From NCBI GenBank assembly GCA_951406725.2, contig OX597824.1, positions 7,626,001 through 7,690,000 of the forward strand: 64,000 nucleotides of DNA, in the 5' to 3' direction. Numbering within the stretch: position 1 is the first letter of the stretch; each line of letters begins with the position of its first letter. Both the position numbers and the translations under genes were made by a program. The notes beneath the pieces are model-generated. The model was not told the DNA's origin. It did no database searches and worked only from the letters and a program-made list of their open reading frames with translations. Below are positions 1 through 11,915 of this stretch, in pieces. Source of the DNA: Octopus vulgaris (taxonomy: Eukaryota).

Positions 1-34
<34 letters not shown>

Positions 35-398
35 TCCATCTTAAGAGTATCATAAGCCCCAGTCAAATCAATGCATTCGGCCCTACAGCATTTATTGACA
101 GCAAACCACAGCATACATTCATCATAACTGCCCCCAGACCCTTGAAAATGCAGCAGCAACAGTGCTGCTGCTGTTACTGCTGCTGCTACTTCCTATTGCT
201 GCCGTTTCAGTCTAGCACCCTTACTGCAACCCCTGCTGTTGCTTGTTTTTGCTTATCCTTTGTCCTCCTCTTATTTCTTCATAATTTTATCTTTATTGTT
301 CTTCATCTCGAAAAATAAACATTTTCATTCTTTCATTCACTCATTTACTTATTCATTCATTCTCTTATTCTTTCATTTTTATTTACCTCAATAAACAG

Positions 399-680
399 GT
401 TCCTTGAGGAATCTTTAAGATGGGTGGTGACAAATGGTTTCGTGGAACGATCGAAGAAAATCATCAAAAGAGCCGCCGAGTACAACGGTGTCGATTTTGA
501 TCGTATCTGGGAAAATAACATGAAGTCATCTTTGATTCCATTAATGACCAGCGAAGATAGGAAAAAGACCCCTTCTAAAGAGGACCTTAATCATCAGACC
601 AAGGTCAAAGAAGAAGGACTCCATACAATATTTAAAGATTCTTTGGCTAGAAGAATTAGCGTAATCGTACTTCTTATAGG
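399..680 (+). CDS. SLC22-family transporter gene 1, internal exon (large intracellular loop into TM7)
   Basis: Polypyrimidine tract and AG at 397-398, GTAAGT donor at 681. Translates (x)FLEESLRWVVTNGFVERSKKIIKRAAEYNGV...IFKDSLARRISVIVLLIG, matching the SLC22/sugar-porter PESPRWL...AA..N motif. Earlier exons lie upstream of the window. Confidence 0.9.
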
Positions 681-1220
681 GTAAGTTTGCGCAAAGTTCT
701 GATGTTACATTTATCGATATATACATAGATACGTAGTACATACTCCCATCGCACATATATATGTGTGTGTGCGTGTGTGTTTACGTTGTTTTATGACGGA
801 GAATGAAAAAGGAATGTGCAATACATGTAGACAATATTGTTTCTTTTTTTCTATTGAAATTCAAACCGAGTTGAGGTCTTATGAGTCAAGTTTCATGCAT
901 CTGCGATCTTCAGGCAAGAATATTGTCTCTAATACACATACATACACAACATACACACACATATGAATATACATATACATATGCACATATGCATATACAT
1001 ATATATATACATATGTATGTATATGTATATGTATGAATATGTACATATGTACATATATATATGTATATATGAATATGCACACACGCACACACATAATTTT
1101 TATATATAATATATATATACATAATACATACATACACACACATATATATATATGTGTGTGTGTATGTATATATATATATGTACATACATACACACACATA
1201 TATATGTGTATATATGTATG

Positions 1221-1251
<31 letters not shown>

Positions 1252-1262
1252 ATACATATACA

Positions 1263-1302
<40 letters not shown>

Positions 1303-1627
1303 CAATTTAAGTTGCATTCTCTCGCATTCGATGCTATGTGTTTATTTATTTTGGTAGTTTTGACTTTAAGAGTCCCTCCTAGCGTGTGGCACACTTAATC
1401 ACTGTGGAAACTGTATCGAGGAAGAAAGTATCATTATAGTCAATGTGCGTGAAAATATACAAGGTTAGACTATGAATAAACTTTTTAGGATACATGCTTA
1501 TGCATCGCTACACTTCATAAGTTACAGACACTGGATCCATAGGTCATTGACCATCATCACTGATAAGTGCGTTGCTAGTTAATCAATTCCAGCTTTACAA
1601 AGCTTACAACAGCAAATTTATTACATC

Positions 1628-1670
1628 TATAGCTGATGATGTGCAACAACGCAGAAACGCATATCCTACA
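1628..1670 (+). ncRNA. Minimal type-I hammerhead ribozyme motif (intronic)
   Basis: tag-CTGATGA-tgtg caacaa cgca-GAAA-cgcata-TC-cta. Stems I and II pair; stem III has a mismatch. Confidence 0.6.
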
Positions 1671-2371
1671 GTCCAATAACTCTAAGAGCTAGAAGGCTAG
1701 ATTTCAATTGTTAATTGTGAAATAAAACACATATATCTAACTTCCGATAAAGTTATCATGTAAATGATGGATCTCCGCTACTTTCCACGATGAGAGTTCA
1801 TTTATTCGATCAACTGAACTGCTTGATCGCTGATTGAGTGTGCGAAGTGTTTCACTATTTCGCAGTCACATGGTTATGTGGAACAACCAAAAGATCATCA
1901 AGAGATCGACCAAGTGTAATGTTATGCCGATTGTAATAATATCTGGAGAAACAACCATATGTCAAAGGAAATCACAGAGAGAATTAATATAAACCTGAGT
2001 GACAAGGCTGCACCTTTAGAATTACAGCTATAATCACCAGCAGACGGACTTTTATACAATCTCTGTCTACTATAGATTCACTCACAGTCGATCTGAAACT
2101 ATAGTAATAAAAAAAACTACTTGCCTTAGATGCCATGCTTTGGGATCGAATCTGGGGTTTCATGAACGTAAAGGGAAAGAATTTCTTAAGTATTCAACCA
2201 GGTTTACATAGGAATGAAAAGAACTGATGACGATCGCGGCTCGAATCGTTGTGTAGATATAAATATACATTTTTTTTTCTCCAAAGTTTTAATATTCAGA
2301 AAACTTATCGAAATAAAGATTTTTTTAATGTATGTTTTATTAAATACTTTTTAACTGCTAAAACATTTCAG

Positions 2372-2506
2372 GTTGTCCAACACTCTAACGTACTACGGCA
2401 TATATTTGACGTCATCTGAGCTGGCAGGCGACCATTATTTGAATTTCTTTTTGGTATCCATTACAGAATTAGCCGCAAATATAGTGATGGCCATGTTGCT
2501 TTTCAA
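2372..2506 (+). CDS. SLC22 gene 1 exon (TM7-TM8)
   Basis: ttcAG acceptor and GTAAAT donor, phase 2/2, in frame with the previous exon. LSNTLTYYGIYLTSSELAGDHYLNFFLVSITELAANIVMAMLLFK matches the SLC22 YYGL....L.G..YLNF.L....E motif. Confidence 0.92.
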
Positions 2507-2783
2507 GTAAATATATTCTATTTTCATTTTATTTTATTTTCATTTTATTTTTGTCATTAGTCTTTTTTTCTGTTACTTGTTTCACTTATTGCACTGTGAT
2601 CATGCTGGAGCATCGCCCTAGAGGGTTTTAGTGAAACAAATTGACACCAGTATTAATCTTTTTCACATAGTTTGGTACTTATTCTAGCGTTCACTTGTTT
2701 TGCCGAACTGTTAAATGAAGGGGGACGTAAACAAATCAACACCGGTAGGAGACACACACGTAGACACACACACACACACATAC

Positions 2784-2868
<85 letters not shown>

Positions 2869-2869
2869 C

Positions 2870-4325
2870 TCCAAAGTAACCTTTTTATATATAAAATTAA
2901 TTAATTTTTATAAGATTTTTAGAGTATATACAGTAAATGGTAGTTATATAAATTATTTAATCTATAGAGTTTTGAGTATAATTTATTGTAGTTAATTATA
3001 AATTTTAGGTTTATAGTGAAAGATATTTTAGTATATAGTGATTATATTCTCTATTAGTGACTTTCTTCTCTTTATCTATTAAAGCTAAAACATAGCCGTA
3101 TTTTTCATTGATAATATTTATTCGTAATTTTCATTGATAAAATATATTCGTATTTTTCATTGTTAAAAGAATTTTTCCATCTGTTTATTCTATTTCTCTT
3201 AATAACGTAACTCCACGAGTATTCTTATAAACGCTGAAAAGACGTTTTCCGTTTGAAAATTTTAGTTAATGACACGGTTTTTGAAAGCTAAGTAAATCTT
3301 TTCTATTTAAGATGCTTCAAGATATTTTAAGAAGTTTTATTGTATTGTATACTATAATAACTACTGATTGTTAATTTAAATCTATAATTATTTAGTTGTT
3401 GATGATATGTATTTAATTATTAGATTATAACTGTAAGTAATTAGTAAGATATTACTTAGCCACTGAGGTATATAGATCGTAAAATAGTTATACGGTTCTT
3501 TTAAGATAGGTTATACGTTTTTAATTTGATTTTTAATCTTTAATTTTTAAATGTATTTCATAAATATATTATATTAGTATTTATAATATTTATGTAAGTA
3601 ATAATGGACTAATTAATTAATTTATTTTTCATTATATGTCTATATATTTATTGATAGGGTAAATTTTAGATTTTAATTACTATTTTTGTTCATTATAATT
3701 TAGATACTTATTTAAAAATATTTTATAATTATTAGATGTGAACTTAAATCTAAAAATATGAACAGTGATTATTTTGTTACATAATTTGGTAATTAAATAT
3801 TGGACTATAACTGAGTTAAGGATATTCGAGAGTGTATTATGTTTCTTAAAGCCATATTATATCTTCATAGATAAATACATATTTCTATCTATTTTTTTTA
3901 CCTTAGAAATAAATATTTAACATAATAAATGGGTCGTAGGAAATAAACCTAATGTTTTAAGTTTCTAATTCAGATAATGGAGTTTTTTTAATAAGAAAAA
4001 TTATTATTTTATTTATTTATTTCTTAAATAAATATTGTTTAATTCTATTTGCTTATTTATTAAACTATTATCATTAACCTGAAGATTGACTATAATTTTA
4101 ATTCGAATTTATTTCAATTGAATTTAAACTTAATTGTAATTCGAATTTAATTATAGCCATGAAACGTACGTAGTGTTTTTACTTATTATTTTATATTTAT
4201 CATTCAATTTACACATTTTGAAAATAATAATATATATTATATTAATTATATATATTATTTGTTATTTATGTATTGGTTTATGTCTATCACTGTTTGAGTT
4301 GCATAATAGTGGTTTTATCATATTT
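2870..4325 (+). mobile_element. Highly decayed AT-rich element, probably Penelope-like
   Basis: Bounded by (TA)n tracts and carries a hammerhead motif near its 3' end. Protein motifs are barely recognisable. Confidence 0.35.
4076..4177 (+). ncRNA. Hammerhead motif with long AT-rich stem II (intronic, end of a probable Penelope remnant)
   Basis: CTGAAGA (4079-4085), ttgactataatt...aattatagccat, GAAA, palindromic CGTACG, TA. Stem I is short. Confidence 0.6.
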
Positions 4326-4364
4326 TTAATATATATACATATATATATATATATATACATATAT

Positions 4365-5236
4365 AGGGGTGTGATCAGTAAGTATCCGGGTTGTTGCCAT
4401 AGTAACGGAGCTAAAGCTCACAGAGAGAAGCTGCTGGGCAAAGATTGACTTTGACCTCTGTCGTGAATACTCACTAAGTTTCAACGTTCTAGCGTACTTC
4501 CGCTTTTTACAGCAGTGCTTGGATGGAATGTGGGTAGCATGTGATCGTCGCATTGACCATGGCAAAGTTATTATGGTGATACCTGCTGAGAGGCCAACGC
4601 AATGTTGCAGAAAGTGTATGGTGCGGAGTGTGTGAGTGGCGCACTTGTGTACGAGAGGTGCAGATGTTTTCAAGATGGCTGAAAAATGTAGATGTTGATG
4701 AACGTTCTGGGTGACCCACAACCATCAGAACTGAGAAAAACATCGCAGATGTGTGTTTATCTCTGAGGGGAAATCGTCGAATCACCATCAGATGTTCAGG
4801 TAAGCTACGGTTCAGTTCAGTCCATTTACTGAAGATTTGAATATGAGATGTGTGTCTGCCAATTTTGTGCCAAAACTGCTTTCAGTTGATCAAAAAGAGA
4901 CTCGGGTTACACAACATCTCCTTGATTGTGTCGTGAATGATGAAAAAGTTTTGAAAACTTTGCGTAAGCTTTTGAGCATTTATCGCCAAGCTCTTGGCGA
5001 AATTTGATCCAGATGCTCTGCTCAACTTTCTTTGTCATGCCCAATGCGACGATCATACGATACACACCTTCCTTCCAAGCACTGCTGCAAACAACGGAAG
5101 AGAGCTAGAACGTTAGGACTTAGTGTGCATGCGCAACAGAGTTCAAGGTCAATTTGTGCCAAGCCGCTTCAATCTCTGTGGTTTAGCTTCGTTACTATGG
5201 CAACAGTCTAGATACTAATTGATCAGACTACTTCTA
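4365..5236 (+). mobile_element. Decayed mariner DNA transposon with long TIRs
   Basis: TIRs tgatcagtaagtatc...gttgccatagtaacggagctaaa and tttagcttcgttactatggcaac...gatactaattgatca. Internal mariner HTH-region fragments: DERSG.PTT.RTEKNI, NRRITI, EDLNMRCVSANFVPKLL. Confidence 0.8.
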
Positions 5237-5247
5237 TAAATATAGAT

Positions 5248-5307
<60 letters not shown>

Positions 5308-5391
5308 ATACGTGTATATATATGTGTATGTATGCAAGTATATATGTATGTATGCTTGTACGTATGTAAACATCTTTCTTAAATTTTCCAG

Positions 5392-5477
5392 GTTACAAAG
5401 ACGTTCAACAATGGCATTATTCCAGTGTACATCTGGTATTTCACTGCTTTGTGCAGTCCTGGTTACCAACTTTGGAG
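5392..5477 (+). CDS. SLC22 gene 1 exon (TM8-9 loop, TM9)
   Basis: ttccAG acceptor and GTATGT donor, phase 2/1. LQRRSTMALFQCTSGISLLCAVLVTNFG carries a GRR-like loop motif. Confidence 0.88.
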
Positions 5478-6487
5478 GTATGTTGATTTTGACTTAACGG
5501 TTCAGTACAACTAAATTCGTCGCCTTGTTCAACACCGTCATTTGGGCCTTGTGAGATGACTTTGTAGATTTCGCTCTGTTTGAAGCAGTCACACCAACTT
5601 AATCTTTGATTCGAGCACGACTTCTCTTCTTCCCATGGAAGGCCTTCAGAGAGCAATAGTTACTCTTCAGGTCGACTTTACCTTTCATCCTTAAAATAAG
5701 TACCAGTTGTGTACTGGGGTTAGTGTAATCCATTAATCCATTCCCCGCAAATTACAGGTCTTGTACCTATACTAAAAAGTGTTATCTGACTATTCCATTC
5801 AAAATCTTGAGTCATTCTTATTTTACGATGGTAAGTTATGATTTGAAGGATGCCTGCATATATTTCTTGGAGAAAGGCCAGGATTGTATTCCTGGCCTTT
5901 TCAGGACATCCAAAACGCGAAAGTATCCTCAAACTGGAATCTTGATTCAAATGCTTATGATAGAGCGGAGTCCTCCGTTAGAAGCACACAAAGTACCAGG
6001 CTGTAGGGGTGTTAGACAAATTGGCGGAGTAAATCAATCACCCAAGTGGCCCATGGCAGGATTTGAACTCAGAACACAAAGAACCGGAACAGATACCGCA
6101 CTACACCCCGTCCCACGCGTTAAATATACCGCCTGTCCACTAACCTTCGGTGGTGCTTATTTTATTGGCACAATTACAGATGGTCAGAATTAGATGTTAT
6201 ATACACATTACAGGGTTGAAATAGAATCTTTACAGCTGTTTCAAAAGAGCGGTTACATGTTAATATTGTTATGATTTGCATGTCAAGTGATTTATATTAG
6301 GATAGAAAATTTCTCTAAATATGTAAGCAAAAATATTCACCTTCATCTCGCATGAAGAAATATCTTCATGAGGTTATCCTTGAACGTCCTATTAATCTGA
6401 AATTAGCCTTTATAAAATAGAAACTTGTAACTTTCTTTTTTTCTTCACAACGTAAAATGAAATAACTTTTACAATTATTTATTCCAG

Positions 6488-6608
6488 GAGAAAAGAAAGT
6501 ATATTCCATTATCAACACAGTGTTTAGTATGATGGGCATGTTTGGAATTAGTGCCTCAAATTGTATTATGTGGTTATACACACCAGAAGTATATCCTACT
6601 AACCTAAG
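6488..6608 (+). CDS. SLC22 gene 1 exon (TM10, ELYPT motif)
   Basis: ttccAG acceptor and GTATGT donor, phase 1/2. EKKVYSIINTVFSMMGMFGISASNCIMWLYTPEVYPTNLR matches the SLC22 Y.YT.ELYPT..R signature. Confidence 0.93.
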
Positions 6609-7383
6609 GTATGTAGTATTTTTGTTATCAATCTTTAATACTAAATGTCCTTATCAATATTTAATACTATATGTCCTTATCAATCTTTAATACTATATGT
6701 CCTTATCAATCTTTGATATCATAAGCCCTTACCATAACAATACAAAGAAAGAAAATATTCGCAATATAGCTTCTCTCCGGGATAGAAATAGCAGCCAAAA
6801 TTCTATCAAATTGTTTGTTTTCTTCAGGAAAGGAAACTGCACGTGATGCTGAGAACGATGATGTTTTTGCCTGATAAAAAAATATTCCCGGTTTTACTAT
6901 GCTTTCAAGTGCAGTATTTATCAGGGATCACATCATATTATCTAATACGAGGTGGGGTGGTGGTGGCGGCGGTGGTGAGTTTTGAAGGAGATTTAACTAC
7001 AATTTCAAGCAGTTCGAGCGACTATGTAGATATATCCTAGATTATTCATATTCATACCAGAAAAAGCCGCCGTAGCCGTCACTCACAAGCGAATGTGATC
7101 TGGTGACGTGTATCATGCAGTCGTTCATAGTGTTAGATGTCTATAGAATCACGTGCAAACATAAACACTAATTTGGTCCTCGCACATTTGACCAAGGAAA
7201 TTATCGGGGGTGGGGGAGAGGACAGAACCAGCATTACGCTGGCACACACTTGAAATTAAAGAGATTAGATAAATGGGAAATGAAATGCCTTGCTCAAGGA
7301 CATAATTCGCTTCCCAGTCCAGGAATCGAACTCATGACCTCAAAAGTAACAATAATCATTGTATAATTTATCAATACTTTCAG

Positions 7384-7456
7384 AAACATCGGTTTGGGAA
7401 TTCTCGCGTTATGTGACAGTGTTGGAAATATGGTTTCACCATATTTCCGTATTTTG
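7384..7456 (+). CDS. SLC22 gene 1 exon (TM11)
   Basis: tttcAG acceptor and GTAAGT donor, phase 2/0. (R)NIGLGILALCDSVGNMVSPYFRIL. Confidence 0.92.
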
Positions 7457-8080
7457 GTAAGTTGATCCTTATGGAGTTACGTTGTTTCTTCTTTATTTAT
7501 CTACACTGAATAAGAACTAGGAGAAATAAAATGTGCAATTTGAACAACCTTTATCAGTTAATAAAATTGTTATCTCCACTTTTGCATTACATACAGAGTA
7601 ACCGTTGTCTGTTGTTCTGTTTTTGTTTGTCAAAGCCCCTTCGTTACTGCTTGCAACTTATTGAAAAACAGTTGGTAAAATTTGAGTGTATCATATATGG
7701 ACACTGGGGAAATATGTTCTGTGTATCGTATATGATACACAGGACAGGCAAATGTTTGAACCATTTCTATTAGTATTAGGATTTGAAGGTGACGAGTTAG
7801 CAGAATCGTTAGAACGGCGGACAAAATTTTTAGCGGCCTTTCTTCCGCCTTTTTACGTTCTAAGTTCAAACTCCACTGACTTTGGTCTCACTTTTCATCC
7901 TTTTAGCGTGGACAAAATAAGCTCCAGTTGAGCCTTAGGGATCAATATAACAGACTTACCCCTCCCTACAAAATTACTACCTTAGTACCAAAATTTGAAA
8001 CATTACTATAAGAATTTAACCTGAGTTTCGCGTAACCATTTTAATGAAATAATTCCGCTTGTTTTCTCTCTGCTTTCTAG

Positions 8081-8290
8081 ATGCTCTACGCTCCTTGGTT
8101 ACCTGGAACAATATTCGCTGTTGGATCTCTTACCAGCGTTTGTCTCTTGAACTTTATGCCAGAAACTCAACGTTTACAGATGCCAAGTACAATGGACGAT
8201 GTTCGAAAACAACTAAAAGCCCAGAAGCAGAAAAATAAAAACCCATCAAGCGAGGAAAATTCCCCAAATGAAAACCTTACTCAAGCATGA
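8081..8290 (+). CDS. SLC22 gene 1 last coding exon (TM12, PET motif, C-tail, TGA stop)
   Basis: Pyrimidine tract and ctAG acceptor at 8079-8080, phase 0. MLYAPWLPGTIFAVGSLTSVCLLNFMPETQRLQMPSTMDD...stop matches the LPET....LP.T..D motif. Confidence 0.93.
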   Translation: MLYAPWLPGTIFAVGSLTSVCLLNFMPETQRLQMPSTMDDVRKQLKAQKQKNKNPSSEENSPNENLTQA

Positions 8291-8406
8291 TTCGAAAACA
8301 GTTATTAATATTTAAATTTAAAGTGGAGGTAAGAATACAAGGATGTCAAGTTTCTATATGTCAAGTTTCGTATGCGATATTTACTACTATTTAACCATCT
8401 CACATT

Positions 8407-8454
8407 GTCTCTGATAAAGGGATATCCATAATGTCCCAGAAACAGATGTAGGAC
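8407..8454 (+). ncRNA. Hammerhead motif, G8->A variant, just 3' of the SLC22 stop codon
   Basis: gtct-CTGATAA-agggatat ccata atgtccca-GAAA-cagatg-TA-ggac. Confidence 0.6.
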
Positions 8455-8544
8455 TATATCAATATCTCTTTCCTTATAAATGTCCTGAGAACTCCTCACA
8501 GCCTTGGCTTTGTTATCTCATTTTTTCTAATATATATACATACA

Positions 8545-8578
<34 letters not shown>

Positions 8579-8610
8579 CATACATACTTACATACGTCAC
8601 ATACATACAA

Positions 8611-8665
<55 letters not shown>

Positions 8666-8707
8666 GTATATATACTTTATTTAAAGCACCAGAAAATTCG
8701 ACAAAAC

Positions 8708-8745
8708 CTGTTACTCTGAGTTTCACGTTCCCGTTCGTCGGACAG
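8708..8745 (-). ncRNA. Minimal hammerhead motif (CCGACGA core); degenerate mirror copy at 8784-8821 (+)
   Basis: Reverse complement reads ctgt-CCGACGA-acg ggaa cgt-GAAA-ctc a gag-TA-acag. All three stems pair. Confidence 0.72.
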
Positions 8746-8924
8746 TTTTTGCTAGAATAGAACCGGTTCTATTATAGCAAAAACTGTCCGGCGTACGGGA
8801 ACGTGAAACTCAGAGTAACAGGTTTTGTTGAATTTTCTGCTGCTTTAAATAAAAGCATATTACTCTACCACTGGTATTTGAGTACTCTTTTTTCCACCTT
8901 GATTCACATTTATGTGTTTACTCC

Positions 8925-8984
<60 letters not shown>

Positions 8985-9117
8985 CGAAAACTTTAGCATC
9001 GTGCCAAACTTGCTAACGATTCTCTCATCGTGCCTTATACATCCAATGGATGTATAAGGCAGCGATGAGAGAATCGTTAGCAAGTTTGGCACGATGCTAA
9101 TTATTTTTTTCGTTCAT

Positions 9118-9201
<84 letters not shown>

Positions 9202-9262
9202 CAACAAAGCCAAGGCTGTGAGGAGTTTTCAGGACATTTATAAGGAAAGCGATATTGATATA

Positions 9263-9310
9263 GTCCTACAGCTGTTTCTAGGATATTATGGATATCCCTT
9301 TATCAGAGAC
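9263..9310 (-). ncRNA. Hammerhead motif, G8->A variant
   Basis: Reverse complement reads gtct-CTGATAA-agggatatccataatatccta-GAAA-CAGCTG-TA-ggac. Confidence 0.62.
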
Positions 9311-10108
9311 AATGTGAGATGGTTAAATAGAAGTAAATATCGCATACGTCTATTTATAGAAACTTGACATCCTTGTATTCTTACCTCAACTTTAAATTTT
9401 ACTACTAAAACTACAACTCACTTTGGTATCACCGCCACCCATACCTTTTCTCTACCCATTCCTTAATGTAGCCCAATCATATCACCCCTACTCACATATC
9501 TCACATTTATTCACTCTTTACCCTCTCATCTTTTCCTGTCCAACCCTCCCTCACTCCTCCCTCTCCTAATCTCCCCTCACATTATCTAGACCACCAACTA
9601 ACACTCCTTTTCTCACTCACTTTTTTCACCATTCTTTTCACTTTTTCTCTCTTTTCACTCTTCTCTTTTTATGTCTTTTTATTATTTTTGTCCTTTTTCT
9701 TTTTTCTCTATTTTTCTCTCTTTCTTCCTTACATTTCTTCTTCCTGTCTTCATTTTGACCTATCTCCTCTTTCTAGTCATACACATCACCTCCATCAATC
9801 CTCAAATTGTACCAATACATGCTTAAATTTTCATTCACACCACAAACAGCTTCGAATGAGCAGAATCCATGGCTCCATACTTTGAAATGATTAAACATGA
9901 ACTACTATTGGAACTTGCATACCATGAAACTTTTTTTACCACTTCCATACACCACTTTACTCGAATTGTGGAACTGCCATTACAATATTATATATTTTAT
10001 TTCTACTTTCATTCTCTTATTTTCCTCCATATACCTTATCTCTTCGTTTCGCATAATAATTGCTTATTTCAAAATCAAATATTTACCTCTATTTAACCAT
10101 CTCACATC

Positions 10109-10156
10109 GTCTCTGATGAAGGGATATCCATAAAATCGCAGAAACAGTTGTAAGAC
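10109..10156 (+). ncRNA. Hammerhead motif with intact core
   Basis: gtct-CTGATGA-agggat..atcgca-GAAA-cagttg-TA-agac. Stem I is perfect; stem II is eroded. Confidence 0.65.
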
Positions 10157-10227
10157 TTATATCTATATCTCTTTCCTAAAAATGGCCTGAAAACTCCTCA
10201 CAGCCTTGGCTTTGTTATCTCATTTTG

Positions 10228-10338
<111 letters not shown>

Positions 10339-10519
10339 TTCCTTGTTAACAATTAACACGAAAAAAATAGATAAATAGTTACCAGGGTAACAAAAAAAAT
10401 CACACAAGTAAAGAGGTTGTAACTCCTTTTTGAAAGGTCGAAACTTCGGGTTTACATGGAATTTTTTGTATAATATAAAAATAAATAAATAGAGTTTAAC
10501 GCAGGTATAATTCAAATAC

Positions 10520-11915
10520 TTTTACTTCCCACACATGTTTCTAAGATTTCACTGGTATTATTCCAAAAGAATAAAATGGTGTAAAACAATGTAATCTTCT
10601 CTTCCGTGACTTGAAGAAATGAAACTCGTCAATAAGACATTTTAACAGAACATGATGGATATGTATAGCGATTTGCTGAACGCTATTAGTATTGTGTTAA
10701 AAAACGTTATATGATATAACGTCAGAAGTAGCCTATAGAAAGAGGAGGGATATGTTTTTAGTTAACGTTAAATATAAAAAGAAAATTAATATCTAAATTA
10801 TATATAACGATAGAGATTACTTATATGAACTAAAGGTGTGTTTTTGCCAATGTTTACATCTATATGCACACTCTATAACCGTGTTTACTAGGGGAGTTTT
10901 AATGAAAAATAGTTCAGAATTACAGAGAAGACAGAATTCCTTTGTCATAAATATCGAGATTGAGAGAATCAACCATTCTAAATTTAATTGTTCATTGTGG
11001 TCTTTTAGATCCCAAATTAATTTACTAAGCCCTGTACTGTTACGTTTATTCCTATCCCTAAATGTTGAGTAATGGATAGACATTCTTTTAAATAACTGTA
11101 ACGATGTGCTTCCAATGTAAAGTCGTACTTTATTATGAGTACTTATTTTACACTGGTATGTAGTATTTTTAATATTTTAGTTATTTGACATAAAATTAAT
11201 TCTGTTGGAATTGACTTCAGATGCAATAAACTTGTTATCAATATTTCTAGAGGGATGGATGTTATTAGCTAAATTAATGTTAGTATTAGTAAATGTATTA
11301 ATATTTAACAGGTTGTTATTATGTGAAGAGATAATTTGTAAGAGTTTTTTGTGTTGGAAAAACCAATCCTAACTGAATGTGAATTGATAATAGAGTTATA
11401 CCTAGAATTCTTTGGAAAATTCCTAATAATAGCTTGACGAAACTGCAATGGGAGATTAGATTTAATTTGTCTCCCGTATGGAAGAATGAACCAAATATTT
11501 TTACTACCATTTATCTTATTTTTAGTGTAATTATTTTTGAAAGCCTTACATTTACTTTTAAACTGATAATAGGAGAGTAAATAAGGGTTATCTCCCTTCC
11601 TCCACTTTGTATCTGGGCATAAGTTATGCTTGTTATCAATAATTCCATTACAACTAGGTTTCATATCTACATTATTGAAGTTAGAATAAGACTGAATAGA
11701 ATCAATGTAGAAAATTTTCTCTGTATAACCTGCTTTAAGTAAAGCAGAGTTATAAAATTCGGCGTTATCATTGAAAATGTCAACATTAGCAGATAACTTA
11801 GATAATCTAAATGAAATATTGTTAACTAAGTTCCTAGTAATTGCCCTTGAATGATTACTAAATTTGCTAATGTACTTAAGATTGGTCAATGGTTTATAAT
11901 ATGGGAAGAGTTATT
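10520..11915 (-). mobile_element. Penelope-like element remnant (RT thumb plus GIY-YIG endonuclease), frameshifted
   Basis: LKYISKFSNHSRAITRNLVNNISFRLSKLSAN (thumb) and YQCKI...LYIGSTS..FKRMSIHYSTF...STGLSKLIWDLK (GIY-YIG). A degenerate hammerhead lies at about 10527-10610. Confidence 0.85.

Larger units (their letters stand above)
8313..10226. mobile_element. Nested cluster of Penelope-type pseudo-LTR cassettes (three related copies in +/-/+ orientation) plus two fold-back inserts
   Basis: 8313-8521 is the reverse complement of 9197-9399, and 10075-10226 is a third copy. Each carries a hammerhead motif and abuts (TA)n. Confidence 0.7.

Noticed and set aside
424-684. ORF-track 86-aa protein as a standalone gene
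   Set aside because: It is an internal SLC22 exon (399-680) read through into the donor site.
2220-2255. Possible hammerhead at CTGATGA 2224
   Set aside because: GAAT replaces GAAA and there is no convincing stem I. Weak candidates at about 30975, 54485 and 56278 were also dropped.
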